From Anolis carolinensis (taxonomy: Eukaryota), in contig NW_026943821.1 in assembly GCF_035594765.1 (NCBI RefSeq), forward strand, positions 18,383,608-18,447,607: a stretch of DNA of 64,000 nucleotides, read 5' to 3'. The notes under the pieces were generated by a model. It was not told the origin of the DNA. It did no database searches and saw nothing but the letters and a program-made list of their open reading frames with translations. How positions within the stretch are numbered: the stretch's first letter is position 1; every line of letters begins with the position of its first letter. Made by a program: the position numbers and the translations under genes. Shown in pieces: positions 13,501 through 23,068 of the stretch.

Positions 13501-14280
13501 TTTGGCAGGTGGGGATTGTGAGATGGGGGGAATTTGCTTTTTAGTAGTCAATGGAGCCTCTGGTGGCTCAGTGTGTTAAAGCGCTGAGCTGCTGAACTTG
13601 CAGACCGAAAGGTCGCAGGTTCGAATCCGGGGAGCAGAGTGAGTGCCCGCTGTTAGCTCCAGCTTCTGCCAGCCTAGTAGTTTGAAAACATGCAAATGTG
13701 AGTAGATCAATAGGTACCGCTCCGGCGGGAAGGTAACGGCACTCCATGAAGTCATGCCGGCCACATGACCTTGGAGGTGTCTACGGACAACGCCGGCTCT
13801 TCGGCTTAGAAATGGAGATGAGCACCAACCCTCAGAATCAGTCATGACTGGACCTAACATCAGGGGAAACCTTTACCTTACCTTCCCTTAGGGTGGGGGG
13901 ACCCCTGAAGGGAACGGGGGGGGGGGGCAGGGCTTACCTTGGAGGATCCACAGGAACAGCTACATTTTCGGGGCCCACGCGGCGAAGCGAGCGCCTCGTC
14001 CTGACCTTCTGTAGAGGGAAGCAATGAAGGGGGCCCTCAGTGCCAGAACAGAGCTGGCCCCGGGGCCCCAAAGGGAGTGGGAGGGGAGTGTGGTCCTTAC
14101 CCTGAACCATGTTTCCAGGGCCATGCCGAGGGGGGCACGCGGAGGGACTTGTGGCGCAGAGGCATTTGTCCCAGGCGGCCTCAGTGGGACTTGTCTTGAA
14201 TGCCCTCTACCCATCTTGCTGGTCAAGAAGGAAATGGCAGGGCCAACTGACGGAGGCTTCTCAGAACCCCCGGTCTCCAT
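4509..14280 (-). CDS. Unidentified spliced gene, N-terminal 110 aa (3' part incomplete)
   Basis: Exons 14280-14101 (gccATGG start, donor gtaagg), 14008-13938 (ctctacag / gtaagc), 4587-4509 (ccccttccag / gtaagg); phases 0,2,0 give one open frame METGGSEKPP...ALETWFR-KVRTRRSLRRVGPENVAVPVDPP-SPPETQGTRAEKLSPRTQIIEVRPASK. Confidence 0.62.
5099..7121 (+). mobile_element. Non-autonomous Helitron-like element (copy 1; hosts the L2)
   Basis: Duplicated at 7636-8634; internal GGGAGTTGTAGTTCACC repeats; 3' hairpin CCCAG-GCATCG-CTGGG followed by a CTGG terminus. Confidence 0.6.
5238..6195 (+). mobile_element. L2-clade LINE 3' portion
   Basis: HALVTSRLDYCNALYVGLP...LQLVQRSAARL...LHWLP; frameshift near 5670; 3' stem-loop and (TTA)n tail. 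Confidence 0.92.
7203..7626. mobile_element. Mariner-type MITE
   Basis: TIRs CCGTGTTTCCCCGAAAAT / ATTTTCAGGGAAACAGGG flanked by TA. Confidence 0.75.
7636..8634 (+). mobile_element. Non-autonomous Helitron-like element (copy 2, 3'-truncated)
   Basis: 7636-7760 matches 5099-5236; 8045-8634 matches 6197-6785. Confidence 0.6.
8848..9939 (-). mobile_element. Helitron with captured repeat cargo
   Basis: 5' TC, 3' hairpin GCCACAGCAACGCGTGGC plus CTAG; inserted between A and T of a Mariner element with no TSD. Confidence 0.8.
10960..11417. repeat. Tandem cluster of palindromic PIF/Harbinger-like MITEs
   Basis: Three units of about 150 bp, GGCCC(T)TTCTAC...GTGTGGAAGGGGCC; relatives at 24661-25045 and about 62680. 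Confidence 0.65.
11423..12032. mobile_element. Tc1/Mariner non-autonomous element (family A)
   Basis: TIRs CCGTATATACTCAAGTATAAGCC / GGCTTATACTCGAGTATATACAG, TA TSD; other copies at about 1-665, 8640-10221 and 49321-50541. Confidence 0.85.
13300..13540. repeat. 109-bp tandem repeat rich in octamer and CCAAT motifs
   Basis: ATTTGCAT at 13316 and 13425; ATGCAAAT at 13384 and 13493; ATTGG at 13334 and 13443. Confidence 0.8.
13552..13880 (+). mobile_element. Sauria SINE
   Basis: tRNA-like head (TGGCTCAGTGTGTTAAAGCG...GGTTCGAATCC) and ACCTTTACCTT tail; further copies at about 4085-4356, 12977-13205, 18170-19180, 24365-24635, 36664-36965, 50855-51100, 51337-51665 and 60507-60818. Confidence 0.9.
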
Positions 14281-14609
14281 GGCAAGAATGGAACCTTTTC
14301 AAAGGAAAACAACCAGCTGCTCCTGGGAGGGGAGGGGGGCCCAGCAGGATAGAAGCAAGGAAGGGTGGCCCCATGCGTCTCCCTTTTCTGCTCTTCTGCT
14401 TTGAAGGGGCAATGGGTCCCAAACTTTGTGTGACACAGTGCCAGGACAAAGTTTTTGCCCTGTAATCCACTTTCCCCATGCCTTTAGGATAAAAGTGATG
14501 AGGAACAGACATGCATAACCCAGGAACATCACCCTGTAGTTCCCAGGCGCAAGTCCACTACCAAACCTGTCTGCACGGATGGCCACGCAGCCTCTAAAAA
14601 GTGATAATA

Positions 14610-15135
14610 AAGTCCTATTCCTGGCTTGAAAGTGTGTGTTCCTGTTTGATTGTGTAGTCCTGACTTGGAAAGTCATGATCCTATTCCATAAACTATCATG
14701 TCAGACTACACAGAGAAGCCATTGAAATTCACTAGCATGTGGACAACTTCAACAGAAAGGAGGAAACCATGAAAATGAACAAAATCTGGCTACTAGTATT
14801 AAAAAAAACTCAAAAATCAGAACATCAAATAAGAAGCAACACTCTGAGACATGGGAACTAGGGGCAGCTAACAAAGGATGCCCCCAGGCAGAAAGTAGCC
14901 AGTAGATGAAGCCATTCAATGCAGATTAGGGTGATTAACTGCAACATTCACGCTGGCCTCCAACTGACAAGAGTTCATCCCTCACCCTGGACTTTCCACA
15001 GATATATATAAACCTTCCTTGCTGAGTTTCTCCATACCTCAAAACCTCTGAGGATGACTGCCATAGATGTGGGCAAAACGTCAGGAGAGAATGCTTCTAG
15101 AACATGGCCATACAGCCTGGAAAACATACAACAAC
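14610..15135 (+). mobile_element. Penelope-like element 3' fragments
   Basis: GIY-YIG tail (HVRLHREAIEI-type) and Penelope terminal repeat CTCTGAGGATG...GAAACGTCAGGAGAGAATGC; also about 21285-21480. Confidence 0.8.
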
Positions 15136-16443
15136 TCCATAAACTTTGTTTGCGTCCTAGAAACTTCATTAACTGGCCAGGACAAAGTTTTCGCCCTCTA
15201 GTCAACATTCTGCATCTTTTCACGATAAAAGCAATGAAGAACAAAAATGTTTAACCCAAGAACAACGATTTGCATATTCGCATCTTTTAAGTCTAAATTT
15301 CCAGTGGACATCCCGTGATGGCCATCTTGCAGGCTTCAAAATCCCAGGACAAAGTAGCAGGTCTGGACATTGGAGGAGAAATCCTGGGACCAACAGAACT
15401 GTATGTGGACATTTTCTCAGGTCCCAGTATTTTATTTATTTTTTTGCCCCTGAGGTAAAACCCGTGATTTGGTGCTGTTTGGAAGCACCCTGAAGTAGAA
15501 ACAAACACAATCCCAGGAACCCTTTGAAGGTTGCCTGTATTCATATCCTGGGAGTTTGTCTTGATGATATCCTTGTGATGCACCACGTACTAATTAGGCA
15601 TTCAGTTTTCCCATCAATAGACACTGACCTCCATTCCATGCCCAGTGCCATAACGTCTGATGTGTCAGATTACAGTGCCCATTGTCCTTACCCAGCATGT
15701 CCTCCTGGGTGATGGGAGTCTTAGTCCCAAAAATCTGGAGGAGGCCTCGTTCAAGAAGGCCGATTTAAACCTTGCTTTTGAGCCGAGTTCCTGAGAAAAC
15801 TGAACTGAAAGACCACAAAAGACAAAACAAAAAACACCCCAAGGAGGTTTAAACAGGCAAAAGTGTGACTCCTGAGAGGAGATCCCATTGTTAACAATGA
15901 AATAATGATAGGGAACATTTCCGATTGTGGCAGCAAGGTTCAGAGCTTGACTTAAATAATAATAATCCTTTAAAGCTAAGCCAGTATTGACACTTCACCA
16001 TAAACAGCATCCAGATTGCTGTGAACACGATCCCTTTGCGGTCTTTTCTGACGGAAACTTCAGGCCTGAGATTCTTTGAGGATCGGCCTCAAAGGGGCCT
16101 TCTTGGCCGAAGTCGAGAGGCAGCTCTCTTCCCAAACGGAGACTGAGAAGAACAAAATGGCGCTTGAGGGGCAAAGAAGGCCTTCAGACTGGGAGGAACA
16201 TCCCTTGGGAAGCCGACCGCTGCCTGAGGCTGACTCCACAAGCCAGAACAGACCCTGTTTGATACCCCTTTCCATCCCGTGGCTCAATGCAATGGGCGTC
16301 TGGAAGCTGTAGTCTGGCGAGGCAGCAGCACTCTTTGCAGGGCCCTGGTGAAACTACGACTCCCAGGATTCCACAGCATTGAGTCACCGCAGTTGAAATG
16401 GTGCCTGATTCCCACTGTTGCTTCAAAGCATTGGGTGGCAATC

Positions 16444-16875
16444 GGAGGAGGGCGAGTAAAATGATCAAGGGTCTGGAGAACAAGCCCTATGAGGAGTGGC
16501 TTAAAGAGCTGGGCATGTTTAGCCTTCAGAAGAGAAGGCTGAGTGGAGACATGATAGCTATGTACAAATACGTGAAGGGAAGTCATAGGGAGGAGGGAGC
16601 AAGCTTGTTTTCTGCTGCCCTGGAGACTAGGATGCGGAACAATGGCTTCAAACTACATGAAAGGAGATTCCACCTGAACATCAGGAACAACTTCCTCACT
16701 ATGAAAGCTGTTCAGCAGTGGAACTCTCTGCCGCGGAGTGTGGTGGAGGCTCCTTCTTTGGAGGCTTTTAAGCAGAGGCTGGATGGCCATCTGTCCGGGG
16801 TGCTTTGAATGCGATTTTCTTGCTTCTTAGTAGGGGGTTGGATTGGATGGCCCATGAGATCTCTTCCAACTCTAT
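16444..16875 (+). mobile_element. CR1 LINE 3' fragment
   Basis: [17 protein letters not shown]...[11 protein letters not shown] plus CR1 3'UTR. Confidence 0.92.
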
Positions 16876-17309
16876 AATTTATGTTTCTATGAATCCCGTT
16901 CACGCTAGAAAAGGGCTGTTTGGTGTTAGAGTTTCCACAAATCCTTCTCAAAAAACTCTCCTTTGAGGCGTTTGCTTGCTTGCGTATTTATTTATTTACC
17001 TAATTTTCACTCAAGACTGCTAACAAAAGACATCACAGTGCAGCTTAAAACAATGTAGATGCATTTGAAATATAAATACGGAAATTACAAAATGAATGGT
17101 TTGTGCCGAACTTGGGGCGTGAACCGTCCTCCCTCAAGGAAGGAGCCTTGTTGGGAATCCCGCCTCCAGTCGGCGGCCATGTTGTCCCTCCTGAAGGGAC
17201 CGAGGCAGAAGGAAAGGCCTCAAGATGGGGGCCCCAGGGAGGCCCTGGCCTTCCCCTTTCCTTGGGGAGGCTCTTCTCTTCAAGGCCTTCACACGGAGAA
17301 GCCAGAGAA

Positions 17310-17850
17310 CTCCTGAATGGCAGACACTTCTCCTCAGGACGGGGAAGGGTAGGCGATGGAGAACCTGGTTGTGGGAATACAAGTCGGAAGCCATGTCTGA
17401 AAATGAAAGAATGACAATCCCACAAAGAGGATTTTGGACCTGTTTTTCAAAACTTAGGCTTCAATTTCATTATTTTTTAAAAACCACCATGTTGAAAAAG
17501 CGTGAAAACTCCTGAATGACATACAACTCTCCTCAGGACATCTGAGGTGGAAAAGGAGAAGGGAAGACAATGGAGGACCTGGTTGTGGGAATACAAGTCG
17601 GAAGCCATGTCTGAAAATGAAAGGAGAAAGAATGACAATCCCACAGAGAGGATTTTGGACCTGTTTTTCAAAACTTAGGCTTCAATTTCATTATTTTTAA
17701 AAAACCACCATGTTGAAAAAGCGTGAAAACTCCCAAATGACATACAACTCTCCTCAGGACGGCTGAGGTGGAAATGGAGAAGGGAAGACAATGGTGGACA
17801 TGGTTGTGGGAATACAAGTCGGAAGCCATGACTGGAAAGTGAAGGAGAAA
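17310..17850. repeat. Tandem repeat, unit about 214-221 bp, about 2.5 copies
   Basis: Anchor GTGGGAATACAAGTCGGAAGCCATG at 17371, 17585 and 17806. Confidence 0.9.
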
Positions 17851-18415
17851 TGTCATCTTGTGATCAGAGGTGACCCCCCCCCCCCCCCCCAGGACTTATA
17901 ATGTGCGGCAGCAAAAAGTGCAGTCTTTGTCATTTGGCCATTGCTGTTGATGCCTGCTCAAAATTGCTTCTTTAGAAACAAACAAAGGTGTTAGAGACCA
18001 AAGCTTCCAGCAACGGAAAGGAAAACCTTGGATACATCCATGCTACATATCCCAGCATTGCACAGCATTGATCCATGGCAATTGGGTATGGCATCCCTTA
18101 AATTTGGAGCTCCGGGTCCTCCTGAAGCATCTTCCCCTTTTGCTTTGGCTCAACACTTTTGTGTGTGTGTGAGTCAGGAGCAACTGGAGTTGCTTCTGGA
18201 GTGAGAGAATTGGCCGTCTGCAAGGACGTTGCCCAGGGGACGCCCGGATGTTTTGACGTTTTTACCATCCTTGTGGGAGGCTTCTCTCATGTCCCCGCAT
18301 GGAGCTGGAGCTGATAGAGGGAGCTCATCCCTGCTCTCCCCGGGTGGGATTCAAACCTGGCAGCTTTCAGGTCAGCAACCCAACCTTCAAGTCACGAGGC
18401 TTTTATCCCCTAGGC

Positions 18416-19163
18416 CAGGGGTCCTCAAACTTTTTAAGCCGAGGGCCGGTCCACAAGCCTTCTGACTGTTGAGGGGCCGGATTATCATTTGAAAAAAAAT
18501 ACAAACAAATTCCGATGTACACTGCATATGTCTTATTTGTAGTGCAAAAACAACAACAACAACAACAACAATGAAAGGACAATACAATATTTAAAAATAA
18601 AAAACAATTTTAACCAACATACATTTATCAGGATTTCAATGGGAAGTGTGGTCCTGCTTCTGGCCAATGAGATAGTCAAGTTAATTAGGGTTGTTGTTGT
18701 TGTTGTTGTTGTTGTGTGCCTTCAAGTCATTTCAGACTTTAGGCGAGCCTAAGTCTAAAATTTATTTATCTGTTTGTTTATTTATTTATTATTTACTGCA
18801 TTTATTTACTACATTTGTATCACACCCTTATCACTCCAAAGGGGACTCAAGAGTGGCTTACAAATTATATGTACATACAATATATTATATTATTAGCATA
18901 GCACAATATTAGCATTTTATATTACTATATTGAACTATACCACTATATTGTAATATTATTAGTAATATTATATGTAATGTAGAATATATAATTAATATTA
19001 TTATATGGTATTATTATTAGTGTTATATTGTATTACATTATTATATTATCATCAATATTATATGTATATACAATATATTATATTATAAAACTGAGGGCGG
19101 GGGCCAGGTAAATGACCTCGGAGGGCCGCATCCGGCCCCCGGGCCTTAGTTTGGGGACCCCTG
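18416..19163. mobile_element. Non-autonomous hAT element inserted in a Sauria SINE
   Basis: TIRs CAGGGGTCCTCAAACT / AGTTTGGGGACCCCTG; 8-bp TSD CCCTAGGC. Confidence 0.92.
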
Positions 19164-19252
19164 CCCTAGGCCATCGGAGGCTCTGGCTCAACACTAAGAT
19201 GACCATATTAAGTGAGTTTAATTTTGGCAAGGTCAATTATCCAAAAACGATG

Positions 19253-19366
19253 AGCATTAGAGTATTTTCTGCCAGTGGTCTCCCATCTAGATACAAACCA
19301 GCCCGATCCCACTTAGCTTAGCCAAAAATCAGATGAGATGCAGTGAGATCAGGGCAGTACGGCCAT
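19253..19366 (-). pseudogene. 5S rRNA-derived sequence (5S pseudogene or 5S-SINE head)
   Basis: Reverse strand aligns over nearly the full 5S length: ATGGCCGTACTGCCCTGA..ATCTCATCTGAT..AAGCTAAG..TCGGGCTGGTT.GTA..TAGATGGGAGACC..AATAC. Confidence 0.8.
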
Positions 19367-20212
19367 TGGATGTCTGCCACTATTTCCTTGAAATCAACCA
19401 CTATAGAGAGAGATATATCTTGGCACAGGTTGGCAGGAATGTAATAAGCCCTGGCACAAGAGAGATATTTCTTGGCATAGATTTTGGTGCACAATAGACA
19501 GAAATGCAAGATGTCACAGCCTTGGGGCAAAGGGGAACTTTATTAGCTCAATTTTTGCAACTCCTGCAGTAGATCCAAAGCCTTGCTGGGGAGAAAAGGT
19601 GCAGTTTGCATCCCATGAGGGCTGTTTTGGCACGCTTCCCGGTCCCCCTCCCCATGATCTCCATTATATTCCCAGCAAAGGGGCAAGGCGTTTCAGCTTG
19701 GCACTAATTAGTCCTCGCCGCATTTCCCTGAAGGGACAAAGCAGTCGTCATCTCATTCCAGGTAATTGGAAACGAGTTTCTCAATGGCTGATGGGGAAGA
19801 GTTAACCCATGTTTCACGAATCAAATGTTGCATAATCCTCATCCGAATGGCGATCTTGTGAGGGAGACAGGCCAGAGGATTTCAGAGGTAAAAGTTAGCC
19901 AGTGATTCATTTCTGAGAAAGTGTATCCCGAGCTCTCGTCTTGTTTGGAAGTTAATGGAGAGCATTGTTCTGAGTTTAGCTTCTAGCTGTGGTTATCCAG
20001 CAGTGTGTAGATTGCCCATCTGCACAATAATTTTATTTTATGTTATGTTATTGTATGTTATGTTTTAACCGATTATTTTATCTGATTGTGTATTATTGTT
20101 TTTAGTTATTGATAAGTGTTTTAAATTGTTATACTTTGTTTCTGTTTTGAGCTCGGCCCCATGTTAGCCACCCCGAGTCCCTTCGGGGAGATGGTGGCGG
20201 GATAGAAAAATA

Positions 20213-20248
<36 letters not shown>

Positions 20249-20559
20249 TTTTCTTGGTGCCTAGGTTTTTAGGCCTGTTCCTGGGATTCTTTGGAAAACT
20301 GCATTGGATAGACTACATGAGCTCTAGTTTCGCAGATCTGTTTGTCATGGTTTTATATGGATGAGCAGATGGTAATTGGTAGATGACATATATTCCGTAT
20401 CTCAAAAACTAGAGTTGATAAGGGAAAATGAGTGCCATTTTTGGAATCAGCAGGTCAAATAGACCCAGAAACAGGGCTAACATTGGAGGCACCGAAATGT
20501 GTGTTGGGCAGTTATTGGTCCTGCTTGACCATGATGGTTATGAGCTGTGCATTCAGGAT

Positions 20560-20905
20560 GGTTTTGGATTTGTGAGACCTGGACAATGATGATACTGGAT
20601 AGGAAGAGAATCAAATGATTTGAGATGCAGCACTGGAAAATAGTTCTATGGGTGGCTAAAAAGACCAATAAATGGGTCCTATAGAAGTGAAGCCTGGATA
20701 CTTCCTAGAAGCCAAGACAATAAAACTGACGCCCTTGCACTTTGGCCCTATTATGAGATGGCACAACCCATTAGGAAAGATAATGATGCTTGGTAAAGTG
20801 GAAGCAGGAAAAGACAATATCGGAGAGACTCCATAAGGGAAGTCATAGTTGTCCTTACTTTGCAAGGGCATAGGATGACGATAGCATGACTTGGAGGCCT
20901 CTCCT
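20560..20905 (+). mobile_element. Degenerate RTE/BovB-like LINE 3' fragment
   Basis: Residual WT..DRKRI..FEM..W...L.W.AKKTN.WVLE and IMLGKVE motifs, with stops. Confidence 0.6.
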
Positions 20906-22869
20906 TGTCATAAATCATAGAATCATAGAGTTGGAAAAGACCTCATGGGCCATCCAGTCCAACCCCATTCTGCCAAGAAGCAGAAAAGTCGCATTCAAAG
21001 AACCCTGACAGATGGCCATCCAGCCTCTGTTTCAAAGCCTCCAAAGAAGGAGCCTTCACCACACTCTGGGGCAGAGAGTTCCACTCTCAAAAAGTCAAAG
21101 AAATGTAGGATACATGCAGGGATATGGAAAGTCCCCTGGTTTTGTCTAAATAGCAGCAGCTACTGTAAGCAACAGCAATCTGTTCTCCTGTTGATCGGCA
21201 GGTTGATGTTTCCATCTTTCTCTGATCAGTGATCAGTTCAGGGTCCCTTTTGCAATTACTTTTCAAAATGCAGATCCTGGTAGAATGTGAGTGTTGTTCT
21301 TTATTTACTGTCCTGATATATAAACTCCACTTGCCTAGTTTCCAACAGACCTCACAACCTCTGAGGATTCCTGCCATAGATGTAGGCGAAACGTCAGGAG
21401 AGAATGCTTCTGGAACATGGCCATACAACCCGGAAAACACGCAACAACCCTGTGATTCTGGCCATGAAAGCCTTCGACAACTTATTGCTCTTTATTGTTT
21501 CTCCCATGTAATACTATTACTCATGAGTAGTGCCAGCTAGTAATAGCTTTCAGAGCAAAGAGCTGGTGTTGGTTGCTTGATAGCGGCCACATTGCCGAAG
21601 TTGTGAATTATTTCTATTAGTCTGGAGGAACTATCCAAGGTCCTGAACCCATTTTGGGGACAATATGATCCTAGATCTTGAATTTCCCTTTTGAAAAATC
21701 TAGACTGGATCCATGCCTTGGCTTGCTATCACTGTCAATAGCAGCATTGCTACTCTTGAGCTGCACCAGCGAGGAGTGATTTGGAGAGCCAAGAGCCAAT
21801 GGCTTCAGTCTGTGAAATCGCTCCAACAGCACATTGGCACACCTATATTAACCACTCTGAGGGTGCCTCTACATGGTAGAATTAACACAGTTTGATACCA
21901 CTTGAACTGCCAAAGTTCATTGCTATGGAATTTTGGGAGTTGTAGTTTGTTGAGGCTCTAGCCCTCTGAGGCAAAGCGGGCTTAAGATCTTATAAAACTA
22001 CAGCTCCCAGGATTCCACAGCATTGAGCCTTGTCAAAGTAGTATCAGATTGTAATAATTGACAGTGTAGATACACCTACAGTGGGTGATACTTTCCATGG
22101 GATAAACACACACACACACACTATTGTTTTATTTGATTTCTTATGAATATATCTAACTCAGTAGCTAACAAATCAAATGAACATACAATATATTATTAGC
22201 ATAGCACAATATAAGCATTAAAATACTATATTGTACTATATCATTATATGGTAATATTATTAGTAATATTATATTTAATATATAATATATAATTAATATT
22301 ATTATATTGCATTATTAGTAGTACAATATTGTATTCCATTATAATTTTATTATCAATATTATATGTATACATTATTATAAATTATATATATATGTACAGC
22401 AGAGTCTCACTTATCCAAGCTAAACGGGCCGGCAGACCCTTGGATAAGCGAATATCTTGAATAATAAGGAGAGATTAAGGAAAAGCCTATTAAACATCAA
22501 ATTAGGTTATGATTTTACAAATTAAGCACTAAAACATCATGTTATACAACAAATTTGACAGAAATTGTTGTAATTACTGTATTTACGAATTTAGCACGAA
22601 AATATCATTATATACGGAAAACATTAACTGCAAAAATGCCTTGGATAATCCAGAACCTTGGATAAGCGAGTCTTGGATAAGTGAGACTCTACTGTATTAT
22701 TGCTAATAATAATGGCAATAATAATGTGATTTATCCCTCATATCAGAGGGTTCGCACATATTAGAAATATTAATATTATTAGTAATAATAATCACAATAA
22801 TGACAGGATTTGTCCCTCTTCCTAGCCCCAATATCAGAGGGTTCGCACATAGTAGAAATGGTTGTCGTG

Positions 22870-23068
22870 GGGCTGCTGACCTGCGCGTGACGTCACCACG
22901 CCGCCCGGCGTTCCTCACAGCAGCGGGAGGCCGGGCCTGGAGGGAAGCGTGTCCCGGAAGCGCGTCACTACCGACTACGGGCGAGGAAGTTCTTTCATTT
23001 CAGTGCGCCTCCGTCGCTAATAGATTGTCTTTACGGTTCCGGAGCCTTCCTTAGCCGCTGCCGCCGCC
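22870..23068 (+). promoter_or_regulatory. GNL2 CpG-rich promoter/5'UTR
   Basis: CpG-rich; CRE TGACGTCA at 22888-22895, ETS-like CCGGAAG near 22954, Kozak gccgccATGG. Confidence 0.8.

Noticed and set aside
13552-13635. tRNA gene (GGTTCGAATCC B-box)
   Set aside because: It is the tRNA-derived head of a Sauria SINE, repeated many times in the window.
17310-17850. CRISPR-like repeat-spacer pattern
   Set aside because: Eukaryotic DNA; whole units are repeated, with no unique spacers.
19253-19366. Functional 5S rRNA gene
   Set aside because: Many substitutions and indels, altered box A/C and no terminator; treated as a pseudogene or SINE.
1-22800. RSPO1, expected upstream of GNL2 by mammalian synteny
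   Set aside because: No furin-like Cys-rich or TSP1 exons recognised in this interval.
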